Assembly: GCA_016931115.1 (NCBI GenBank)
Contig: JAFGFM010000144.1
Span: 303-64,302, forward strand
DNA from: Deltaproteobacteria bacterium
GTDB lineage: Bacteria > Desulfobacterota > DSM-4660 > Desulfatiglandales > HGW-15
Direction: 5' to 3'
DNA: 64,000 bases
A model generated the notes under the pieces. The model did no database searches. It was not told where the DNA came from and saw only the letters and a list, made by a program, of their open reading frames with translations. The translations under genes and the position numbers were made by a program. Shown piece after piece: positions 20,613 through 29,404 of the stretch. The first letter of the stretch is position 1. The number at the start of each line of letters is the position of its first letter.

Positions 20613-22514
20613 TTACCTCATCCTCTCAAAATAGCTCAGGTCTATTTTTGCATTGGCCTTCAACTTTGCTACCCAGTCGTTTATTGCCTCCTGTCTTTTT
20701 CTGTTGGTCACGTTCTCTGTGTAGCTCTCTTTTTCCTGGTTGAATTTGGCCTCATCAATCCCCTGCCTCTCTTCCCATCTTATGACATATGACCCTGTCT
20801 GATTCTCAAACACGGTCTCAGGGAATGGTTTATCCTGGGTCAGGTTAAATGCCGCCTCATTAAGCCCCTGGGCAGGCCCTATCTTTTCAGGGCTTCCTTC
20901 CCTGGTAAAAAAGTCGGTTGAATCAATGGCCTTGCCTTTTTCAGCGGCAAGCTCTACCCATTTGCCTGTCTCCTTAAGGGCCTTCAGATAGGCTTCAGCC
21001 TCTGACTTTGCGGCCTTGAGCGCCATGCTATCCACATAATCCGCCTCAACAGCGGCGTAGACCTCTTCCAGCTTAGGCACATATGATTCCTTTTTATCTG
21101 TCACCTGCATTATATAGAATTCATTATTCTGCTCTATAATTTCTGTCAGGTCACCCTTCTCAAGGGAAAAAAGGGTCTCAGCAAGTCTTGCGTTATTCAT
21201 GATCACAGGAGCGGGTTCAGCCTGTGAGAAAAAATCGGTTGTGATGTACTGCTCATTATTTTCACCGGCATATTTCTCAAGGTCAACATCATATGGCATC
21301 TGGTCTAAAAGTGTCCTGGCCCTTTCATCCGCCATGTCCATGCTTCCATTTCTTCTAAGTATGCTGTCTACCTGCGCCTTAGCCTCTTCATAGGTTTTGA
21401 CTGATCTTTCCTTTTTGTCTTCCACCTTTATGATGTGATATCCATAGTCTGTTTTTACCAGTTCGCTAATCTGACCTGGCTCAAGAGCAAAGGCCGCATC
21501 CTCAAACTCCTTAACCATCCTGCCCTGTGTAAAATAGCCCAGGTCGCCACCCTTTGATTTAGTGGTATCTTCAGAAAATTCTGTTGCAAGGGCAGCAAAG
21601 TCCTCTCCCTTTTTCGCCCTTTCAAGCACTGATGCCGCCTTTTCCTCTATCTTTTTGACCTCTTCATCGGTTGCCTCGGGTGCGGTTTTAAAGAGGATAT
21701 GGCTTGCCTTTACCTGCTTTTCCTGTGTGAACATATCTAGATTGTCTTCATAATAGGCACTGAGATCCTCCTCTTCCAGCGTGACCTCATTACTGAATTT
21801 TTCAGCGCCTATCTTTATATAGGCTATTTTTATCTTTTCAGGGACCCTGTAATTCTCCTTCTTTTCATCAAAAAAGGTACTAATGGCATCCTTTTCACGA
21901 GGGACTGTTGCCATGAACTCATCAGGTGTAAATTTAACAAAACCGACCTTCACCTTTTCATTAGCATACCTGTAATTATCAAGCACATCCTGGGTGCTGG
22001 GCACAATAAAGGTTGTGATGAACTGTGCAACCTTTTGCTGTAACAGCTCTCCTGTATATCCCTCTTCAAATGCCTCTGGTGTCGTGCGGTTGCTTGACAG
22101 AATGGCCCGGTATCTGCCTTCATCAAACCTGCCGTCAGATAAAAAGGCAGGTATCTCCAGTATCTTTTTCTGGATCTCGGCCTTTGTAACCGTGATCCCC
22201 AGTTTTTCTGCCTCCTGGGCAATGAGCTTCTGCTCAATGAGCCCCTCAAGCGCACGGTTTTTCAGGTCAAAGGCCTCAACCAGTTTATCGTTCCAGAAAC
22301 TCTTATACTGGTTCTGGAAAGAGGTAAGCATATCATTATAGGCCTTTTCATACTCTACCCTGCCTATAGCCTCACCGTTTACCTCGGCAACCTTGATGCC
22401 ATCATCAGAATTAAATGAGTAACCAAAGTAGAAGATAAAAACCACCGCAATTATCCCAATCAAAAATTTAATAATCCATGACTGAGCATGTTTTCGCATC
22501 AAACTGAGCAGCAT
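20613..22514 (-). CDS. ppiD: PpiD/SurA-type membrane-anchored peptidyl-prolyl isomerase
   Basis: N-terminal TM, SurA-N domain, parvulin ASHIL..FAALA..SED..GGDLG..FEDAAF..GYHII; GGAGGA RBS before 22514. Confidence 0.88.
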   Translation of the reverse strand: MLLSLMRKHAQSWIIKFLIGIIAVVFIFYFGYSFNSDDGIKVAEVNGEAIGRVEYEKAYNDMLTSFQNQYKSFWNDKLVEAFDLKNRALEGLIEQKLIAQEAEKLGITVTKAEIQKKILEIPAFLSDGRFDEGRYRAILSSNRTTPEAFEEGYTGELLQQKVAQFITTFIVPSTQDVLDNYRYANEKVKVGFVKFTPDEFMATVPREKDAISTFFDEKKENYRVPEKIKIAYIKIGAEKFSNEVTLEEEDLSAYYEDNLDMFTQEKQVKASHILFKTAPEATDEEVKKIEEKAASVLERAKKGEDFAALATEFSEDTTKSKGGDLGYFTQGRMVKEFEDAAFALEPGQISELVKTDYGYHIIKVEDKKERSVKTYEEAKAQVDSILRRNGSMDMADERARTLLDQMPYDVDLEKYAGENNEQYITTDFFSQAEPAPVIMNNARLAETLFSLEKGDLTEIIEQNNEFYIMQVTDKKESYVPKLEEVYAAVEADYVDSMALKAAKSEAEAYLKALKETGKWVELAAEKGKAIDSTDFFTREGSPEKIGPAQGLNEAAFNLTQDKPFPETVFENQTGSYVIRWEERQGIDEAKFNQEKESYTENVTNRKRQEAINDWVAKLKANAKIDLSYFERMR

Positions 22515-22700
22515 TTTTTTGAGTCCTCCGATATTTTCCTTATAAAAAAAATGTTTATTAACATTATCTATTGCCACTGTCCATATTATTCTGGGTATCC
22601 TGGAGCGCAAAAATTTAACTTAATACAGTAAGTTTTGAGTTTACAAAAAGGGGCGAAAACTGCTATTCATTTCAGCCTGAAAATAGATATGAGGAAGAAA

Positions 22701-24089
22701 ATGGCTGTAAAAAAAGGTCTGCGTGTAGAAAAGATAGGCGGGACATCAATGACAAGGTTCCCCGAGATTATAAAGAACATAATCCTGTATGACAGGGATG
22801 ATATATATAATCGGGTTTATATTGTGTCGGCATATGACGGGATAACAAACATGCTCCTGGAGCATAAAAAGACCCGTGTCCCCGGCATCTATAAAAAATT
22901 TAAAGATCGCGAAGATTACAGCTCCTCATTAACAGAGCTGAAAAACCATCTGTTTTCCATCAACGAGGGTTTTGTAAATGCAGGCCTGAACCTTGATAAG
23001 GCAAACAGGTTTATTGCCGAACGTATAGACGGGGCATTCAGTGTATTAAAAAGCATGGATACAGTCCTTGCATCCGGTTATGTGAACAGAAACGAGGTGC
23101 TTCTTGCTGCGCGTGAACTGCTGGCATCCCTTGGCGAGATGCACAGCGCCTTTAACTCCGCTAATATCCTTAATAGTCTCGGATATAACACCACATTTGT
23201 TGACCTGAGCGGGTGGCAGGATGACAGGGAGTTATCTATTGACGGTCGCATAAAGGATGTCTTTTCTACCCTTGACCCGGCAAAGAGCATCTGTTTTGCC
23301 ACAGGATACACCAAGGGTGTTGAAGGCATTATGCGGGAATTTGACCGTGGCTACTCAGAGGTAACCTTCTCAAAGGTGGCTGTGCAGCTTAAGGCCGAGG
23401 AGGCGATTATTCACAAGGAATATCACCTGAGTTCTGGCGATCCAAAGATAATAGGGGAGAATCTTATACATCCGGTATGCAATACCAACTTTGATGTGGC
23501 GGACCAGCTTGCTGATGTGGGCATGGAGGCCATACACCCCAAGGCTAGTAAACCGCTCGAACTTATAAGGATACCTATCAGGATAAAAAATGCCTTTGAA
23601 CCTGCGCATGATGGCACGCTTATCACCAATGATTATAAATCTGTTGAATCAAGGATCGAGATCATTGCAGGTTCTGACAGGGTAGTAAGCCTTGAGGTCT
23701 ATGAACCTCAGATGGTTGGTGAAGTCGGTTTTGACCTCAAGATCATGGAGGTGCTCAGGGCCCATAATGTCTCATACATCACCAAGATGACAAACGCCAA
23801 CACTATAGAGGTGATTATTGATGAAGAGGATTGCTCAGAGTCCCTGGTAAAAGAGCTTGAAAAGAGGTTCCAGAGCGTAACATACTCCAATGCGGCTATT
23901 GTATGCGCCATAGGAACAAACATTGCCAAACCGGGTATTTTAGCCGCTGCCACAAAGTCACTTGCCGATGAAAAGATCAATGTAATGGCCATCTCCCAGA
24001 CCTCAAGGCAGAACAATATGCAGTTTATACTTGAAAGGGCGGATTTTAAAAAGGCACAGCAGGCGCTGCATCGCGCAGTATGTGAATAA
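22701..24089 (+). CDS. ask: Aspartate kinase, ectoine-associated type
   Basis: VEKIGGTSM, LLEHKK, FDRGYSE.TFS, IHKEYHLSS.DP, MEAIHP, ACT domains. Confidence 0.88.
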   Translation: MAVKKGLRVEKIGGTSMTRFPEIIKNIILYDRDDIYNRVYIVSAYDGITNMLLEHKKTRVPGIYKKFKDREDYSSSLTELKNHLFSINEGFVNAGLNLDKANRFIAERIDGAFSVLKSMDTVLASGYVNRNEVLLAARELLASLGEMHSAFNSANILNSLGYNTTFVDLSGWQDDRELSIDGRIKDVFSTLDPAKSICFATGYTKGVEGIMREFDRGYSEVTFSKVAVQLKAEEAIIHKEYHLSSGDPKIIGENLIHPVCNTNFDVADQLADVGMEAIHPKASKPLELIRIPIRIKNAFEPAHDGTLITNDYKSVESRIEIIAGSDRVVSLEVYEPQMVGEVGFDLKIMEVLRAHNVSYITKMTNANTIEVIIDEEDCSESLVKELEKRFQSVTYSNAAIVCAIGTNIAKPGILAAATKSLADEKINVMAISQTSRQNNMQFILERADFKKAQQALHRAVCE

Positions 24090-24199
24090 TTATAAAGCCA
24101 GAGAGGCCACAAAGAAGTTTATTAAAAAACTTCTCTGTGTCCTCCCTGGAACACCATAGCTCTGGTTACAGCGAATGAATTTTTTGTGACAAATTTTAT

Positions 24200-24778
24200 T
24201 TGACCATTTTCATGCACCCAGGAAATGATGAGTTGAAAGACAGATTAGGTAGAACGATTATTTTATTGCCATTCCAAGGTGAGGCTCCTGAAGAATGCAG
24301 GGTCAACGTAAAAATTGTAAAATCTCCTGAAAGCCTGCACATATCATTTGAACTGCATACCAGGCTTGACTCCCTTGTTATTCCTCTTTTTAACCCAGCA
24401 ACAGCAATGCGAAAATATAACCTGTGGGAACACACCTGCTTTGAGATATTCATAGGGGGTAAAGATAGAGAAGCTTACCATGAGTTCAACCTCTCCCCCT
24501 CTGGCGCATGGAATGTGTACTCATTTAAAGGGTACCGTGAAGGCATGATAACAGAACCTGCCATTACCTCTTTGCCATTTGATGTGCGACGAGTCACTGA
24601 ACGCGGGCTTGATCTTACAGTTGAAATTGATAATAGCCTTGTACCCATAACAGCGGATACCCTTATCGGGATATCTGCTGTTGTTGAGCACATTACGGGT
24701 ATAAAAACCTACTGGGCAATAAACCACCCCAGACCCGCCCCTGACTTTCATGCAAAAGAGGGGTGGGGTGCTTTATGA
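24200..24778 (+). CDS. DOMON-like domain protein
   Basis: LWEHTCFEIF, Y.EFNLSPSG.W..Y.F..YR, YWA..H....DFH; start uncertain. Confidence 0.8.
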   Translation: MTIFMHPGNDELKDRLGRTIILLPFQGEAPEECRVNVKIVKSPESLHISFELHTRLDSLVIPLFNPATAMRKYNLWEHTCFEIFIGGKDREAYHEFNLSPSGAWNVYSFKGYREGMITEPAITSLPFDVRRVTERGLDLTVEIDNSLVPITADTLIGISAVVEHITGIKTYWAINHPRPAPDFHAKEGWGAL

Positions 24779-24858
24779 TCACGAATAATTTTGACAGCAC
24801 TGTATATTTTTTTTATAGTCCTTTCATAAACCCTCTTAACAAATCAAAGGAGACACAT

Positions 24859-25611
24859 ATGGCAGGCATTATGAAACTGAAAAATGTTTTACGTGAACCC
24901 AATGTAGTTGAAGTAAAACCCTGGAAATCAATACACAACACCATTAAAGAACCTATGATCACGGGCCTGGGCCCATTTGATATAAAGGAATCTATCCTTG
25001 CCATGGGTTTTGCGCGCATCACCAAACCGGATGTCCTTGGCTCACCAACCCATGCCCACCCTTTTGATCAGTGGATATACCTGATCGGAGAGAGCACCAA
25101 CTTTGTTGACTTTGATGCGGATATAGAGTTCACCCTTGGCGACAAAATCCTAAAGATCAATTACCCCTGCTATATCTTTGTACCCAAGTACACAAAACAC
25201 TGCCCGCTGGATATAAAGCGCGTAGGAAAACCCTTTATCTTTATAGATGTAAGCGTAACCCCTGAGGCATCTGTAAGATCTGAAAAGATTTCAAAGGTTG
25301 GCAGGCCGACATATGTTGCAAAAAACAATAAGCCAGCCAAAAAAACAAAGGCGGCGGCTGCACCAAAGGCAACCAAGGCAGTGAAGGCATCCAAAACTGC
25401 TAAGGTAGCAAAAGCTGCTAAAGCAACAAAGACTGCTAAGCCAGTAAAGGCCACCAAGACACCTAAAATAAAAAAGACTGCTAAGCCAGTAAAGGCCGCT
25501 AAAACTACCAGGACAGCTAAGGCAGCAAAAACAGCAAAGGTAGTAAAGACTGTAAAGTCACCTAAGGTAGCTAAAGCCCCTAAGAAAGCAAAAGCAACAA
25601 ATAAAAAGTAG
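24859..25611 (+). CDS. Cupin-domain protein with Lys/Ala-rich histone H1-like tail
   Basis: HAHPFDQ..G and FVP....HCPL cupin motifs; about 95-aa tail of KTAK/KAAK/KPVK triplets; AAGGAG RBS before 24859. Confidence 0.8.
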   Translation: MAGIMKLKNVLREPNVVEVKPWKSIHNTIKEPMITGLGPFDIKESILAMGFARITKPDVLGSPTHAHPFDQWIYLIGESTNFVDFDADIEFTLGDKILKINYPCYIFVPKYTKHCPLDIKRVGKPFIFIDVSVTPEASVRSEKISKVGRPTYVAKNNKPAKKTKAAAAPKATKAVKASKTAKVAKAAKATKTAKPVKATKTPKIKKTAKPVKAAKTTRTAKAAKTAKVVKTVKSPKVAKAPKKAKATNKK

Positions 25612-25620
25612 GCATAAAAA

Positions 25621-25671
25621 AACAAACCATCTATTTACTTTGCCTGAATGGGCGTAAAGAGATGGTTTGTT
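25621..25671. terminator. Hairpin between convergent genes
   Basis: AACAAACCATCT...AGATGGTTTGTT 12-bp stem. Confidence 0.65.
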
Positions 25672-25691
25672 CTTATATCAGATATTCAGAG

Positions 25692-26381
25692 CTAAAAGTT
25701 TTCAAGTTCTGCGAGCTGTTTTTTGTAGCAATCAGGACATATCCCATGCGAAGGCTTTGCCCCTGAAATATCCTTTACATACTTTTCTACTGAAACCCAG
25801 TCGCCAGCATCTTCCCTGACCTTTTTGCAGTAGCTGCATATAGGGTAAATCCTGCTCAGGTCATTAATCAGGCGGTCACGTTTGTCTATCTCTTCCTTTG
25901 CGGCAACAATACGAAGTGTAAGTTCTACCATCTTTTTGATCTGCTTTATGAGTCTTATGTGCAGTTCATTATGGGAGTTCTGCTTGTTATCCAGAAAGCA
26001 GACTGTACCAAACTGGCCTCCATCAGGCCGCTCAATGGGCATACCCATATAAGAGATGATATGGAGGTCAATTGCAGCAGGGTTATCTTTCCATTTAGGG
26101 TCATCAAATGCATTGGGAATCATATTGAGCCCTTTACTCTTGAGCGTATACTCACAATACCAGCCGGAATCAGGATACTGGGACACATAATTGGCAGGAT
26201 AGGGGTTGCCTTCTGTTTGGCTTGAGAGAAGTATCTCTATCTCTTTACCGTCAAGCCTTGTAATAAGACCTGCCGGCACACCAAGAATATCCGCGGTTTC
26301 ATTCAGAAGGCCCTGCCATTCGTTAAGTATATCCTCAGTAAGTTTTTTTCGGTCAAAAGGGTTTTTCTCAACATTTTCCAT
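25692..26381 (-). CDS. GAF domain protein with C-terminal Cys/His zinc-binding tail
   Basis: SYMGMPI..PDG..FGTVCFLD GAF; PICSYCKK..SHGICPDC. Confidence 0.8.
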   Translation of the reverse strand: MENVEKNPFDRKKLTEDILNEWQGLLNETADILGVPAGLITRLDGKEIEILLSSQTEGNPYPANYVSQYPDSGWYCEYTLKSKGLNMIPNAFDDPKWKDNPAAIDLHIISYMGMPIERPDGGQFGTVCFLDNKQNSHNELHIRLIKQIKKMVELTLRIVAAKEEIDKRDRLINDLSRIYPICSYCKKVREDAGDWVSVEKYVKDISGAKPSHGICPDCYKKQLAELENF

Positions 26382-26488
26382 GTTCGTTTACCCCCTTCTA
26401 AAGGGTTAATGTATAGATTATACACCAAAACCTGTTAATGTATTATAATATTTTTTTAAATCTGTTTCACAGATCAGATTTAAAATAA

Positions 26489-26821
26489 TTATTCATCTTT
26501 TTTCTTATTTGGGTACTGGCTGATATGGTCAAGCATCTTCTGTATTGGTGCTGTGTCCACATGGCGCAGCAGTGCGCCAATATGTTTTATCTCCCTATTT
26601 TTTGCCCCTCGTGAAGAGATTTTTCGTGCAAAGATTACAGCCTGCCTGACCTCATCAGGGAGTTCAATCCGCTCCAGCTCTTTATCTGAAAGCCTTGTAA
26701 GCTTCTCACCGATATCCTGCCTTGCATGGTCATCCTTTTTAAGCCTTGTCCTGCTTGGAGGGGCATCAAAGGTCTCTTCATCTTCAAAAAAACTGTTATT
26801 GTCAGGGCCTGGTCTTTTCAT
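26489..26821 (-). CDS. Short YjgA/DarP (DUF615)-like ribosome-associated protein
   Basis: PSRTRLKKD....QDIGEKL..L....L..I.LP.....A...A.KI...GA..R....IG.LLR; only 110 aa. Confidence 0.75.
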   Translation of the reverse strand: MKRPGPDNNSFFEDEETFDAPPSRTRLKKDDHARQDIGEKLTRLSDKELERIELPDEVRQAVIFARKISSRGAKNREIKHIGALLRHVDTAPIQKMLDHISQYPNKKKDE

Positions 26822-28311
26822 ATAAATCTTTTTTTTAGTTCTGTTTTAAGGATTTTTCCATTCGAGCTCTTTGGGAGTTCATCCACAGCAAAATATTCTT
26901 TTGGCACCTTGTAACCCGCAAGATTCTGCTTGAGGTACTGCTTAAGTGCAACAGGATCAAACTTGTGCCCATTTTTCAACACTATACATGCGGTTACCTT
27001 TTCGCCATATTCCCTATCAGGAAGCCCGATAACAGAGCACTCCTGAACGCATGCGCAGGTATATAAGACCTCCTCCACCTCACGGGGGTAAACATTTTCA
27101 CCACCGGTGATGATCATGTCCTTTACCCGGTCAACAATAAAGAGGTATCCCTCCTTGTCAACATACCCTGTATCCCCTGTCCTGAACCAGTCAAACCAGA
27201 ATGATTTTGCTGTCTCCTTTGAGTTATTAAGGTACCCCTTAAAAATATTAAGCCCGCGCACACAAATCTCACCTATCTCTCCCTGTTCCAGCGGCTTACC
27301 CAGTTTATCCCTTATCTGTATCTCCATCAGGTTTGCAGCTGTTCCCACTGAGCCGATCACATGCCTGTGGTAATGGTTAAATGTTACGATGGAAGCGCTC
27401 TCAGTGAGCCCATAACTTTCAAAGATATTCAAACCTGTCTTTGCCTTCCACTCTTTAACCACCTCTGCTGCCATGCTCGCGGCAGCAGAGAAACAGTAAG
27501 TAACAGACTTAAGTTTATCCTTCAGATCAGGGATCTCCAGCATCCTGATATAGACTGTGGGTACTGCAAAAAATTTGGTCACCTTGTGACGTGTAATCGC
27601 CTCAAGGGCCATATCCATATTAAATGCAGGCTGCATGACTATTGCCCCAGAGCTGTAGATTGTGGAATTAACCACGTGCATCTGGCCAAACACATGATTC
27701 AGCGGCAGAAAACAGAGGGTTATATCCCTTTCACTGCTCCTCTCATATCTGGCAACATTTGAGATGGGGTAAAGGATGTTTATATGGGAGAGCATCGCCC
27801 CCTTTGGCAGCCCTGTTGTGCCGCCAGTATAAAGGATAGCGGCTATATCATCCCTTTCCCTGTCTATTGTCATGAAGTTCGGGTCACCGCTTGCCGCGAG
27901 TTCAATGCAGCTCATTGCCCCTTTTTCTATAATAATGTGTTCTGGTCTGTATCTGCTATCACCATAGTCAAGATCATTGAGCCTTGATTCCGATGTAAAA
28001 AGCACCTTTGGTTTGCAGTCAAAAAGTATCTTCAGGAATTCATTTTTTGTTAAACGATATGAGAATGTCACCGCAACAGCACCGCATTTAAGGGTGCCAA
28101 AGTAAAGGGCAATCCAGTCATAACTGTTCGGGGCGCAAAAACCTACATAGTCTCCGGGCTGAACACCCAGCTCAACCAGTTTTGATGCAAGCCTGGTTGC
28201 ATACTCATTAAACTCTCTGTAGGTATAAACCCTGTCATCCTCTATTATCGCACTCTTATCAGGGAAAAAACGTGCAGAATCCTCAAGAATAGTAGCTAGA
28301 TTCACTGACAA
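26818..28311 (-). CDS. AMP-dependent acyl-CoA ligase (long-chain fatty acid type)
   Basis: YTGGTTGLPKG, YGLTE, RTGD, DRVKDMIITGGENVYP, LPK...GKILK. Confidence 0.92.
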   Translation of the reverse strand: MSVNLATILEDSARFFPDKSAIIEDDRVYTYREFNEYATRLASKLVELGVQPGDYVGFCAPNSYDWIALYFGTLKCGAVAVTFSYRLTKNEFLKILFDCKPKVLFTSESRLNDLDYGDSRYRPEHIIIEKGAMSCIELAASGDPNFMTIDRERDDIAAILYTGGTTGLPKGAMLSHINILYPISNVARYERSSERDITLCFLPLNHVFGQMHVVNSTIYSSGAIVMQPAFNMDMALEAITRHKVTKFFAVPTVYIRMLEIPDLKDKLKSVTYCFSAAASMAAEVVKEWKAKTGLNIFESYGLTESASIVTFNHYHRHVIGSVGTAANLMEIQIRDKLGKPLEQGEIGEICVRGLNIFKGYLNNSKETAKSFWFDWFRTGDTGYVDKEGYLFIVDRVKDMIITGGENVYPREVEEVLYTCACVQECSVIGLPDREYGEKVTACIVLKNGHKFDPVALKQYLKQNLAGYKVPKEYFAVDELPKSSNGKILKTELKKRFI

Positions 28312-28557
28312 TCTCCTTCAGATTTTCTAAAATTTCCTGCTCATATAGTATAATGAATTGAAAAATTCAAGATGAACAGAAAGCCTCAAACGCGGCCTTT
28401 TTCTTGTTGTTCTTTACATGGTTAATTCAAAAAAGTCGAGTATTATCCATTAGTTTTTAGATTTTTATGGAGGACACACTTAAAAATGGGTTTTTATTTC
28501 TATCTTTAAAACTTGTTAGCCTGTTCAGATTACAAATAAAGGGTCTAACCGAGGTAA

Positions 28558-29307
28558 TTATAAATCCTCCTCAACCGGATATTCATAATTCTGAAATGTC
28601 CTGGCAATCATGATGTCCATAGACTTGAGCCTCTTTCCCTGCTGGTTTATACGCTCAAATATCTTGCTCACATCTGAGGTTGAATACCCATACAGGGTAG
28701 TAACAGGCAGGCGATAATTCATAAATACATTTTTTAACTGTAAAAGACTTGTTCTTATCTGTTCGGTACAGTTACCCTTTTCAGTAAGAGTATCTATAAT
28801 GGCTGTACCCTCAATGAAAAGATCATGAAGTGATACAAGAAAATCTTTGCATGTCTCTCTTTTTCTGCGCATGTACTCCCCTGCAAAAAAGAATTTCAAA
28901 TTGTATCCGTCAAAAAAAAGCCGGTGATCAAAATTTGCCCGCTCCTTTACCATGATATTTTCTTTGTGCATGGACATGAGCATAGAGGTTGCCCTCTGCT
29001 GACCGTCCAGGATATAAACATATCTTTTGGCTTTACATGCCTCATCATAATGTATTGCACCGCCAGGCCGTCTGTGGATATTAAGCCTTGTACCGGTTTC
29101 CCAGCACAGTATGTTGCCTATAGGGTAAAACATATAAATACTCTCCCACAGGCTTATGATATCATCCTGCCCCCATACGAACTCCCGCTGAAATGAAGGG
29201 ATTAAGATATGACCTGCGGACAGGCTATTTACAAAATCAATAATTCCTGTATCTATGGTTTTAATTGTCTTAGTCACGCTTTTCTCATTATCTGCTATAT
29301 GAATCAT
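28558..29307 (-). CDS. Stand-alone DUF262 (GmrS/ParB-like) domain protein
   Basis: IPSFQREFVW, LDGQQR, IFERINQQG motifs; no C-terminal HNH domain. Confidence 0.85.
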   Translation of the reverse strand: MIHIADNEKSVTKTIKTIDTGIIDFVNSLSAGHILIPSFQREFVWGQDDIISLWESIYMFYPIGNILCWETGTRLNIHRRPGGAIHYDEACKAKRYVYILDGQQRATSMLMSMHKENIMVKERANFDHRLFFDGYNLKFFFAGEYMRRKRETCKDFLVSLHDLFIEGTAIIDTLTEKGNCTEQIRTSLLQLKNVFMNYRLPVTTLYGYSTSDVSKIFERINQQGKRLKSMDIMIARTFQNYEYPVEEDL

Positions 29308-29404
29308 ATATTTATTATGCTTTATTTATTCTGATAATTACAATAAAACCCTTTATTCATCAACCAAATATACCATAAATGGCGGGAGATAAAGCGCTCG
29401 TAAC

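Noticed and set aside
25170-25625. 151-aa hydrophobic minus-strand ORF resembling a membrane protein
   Set aside because: Antisense shadow of the Lys/Ala-rich tail.
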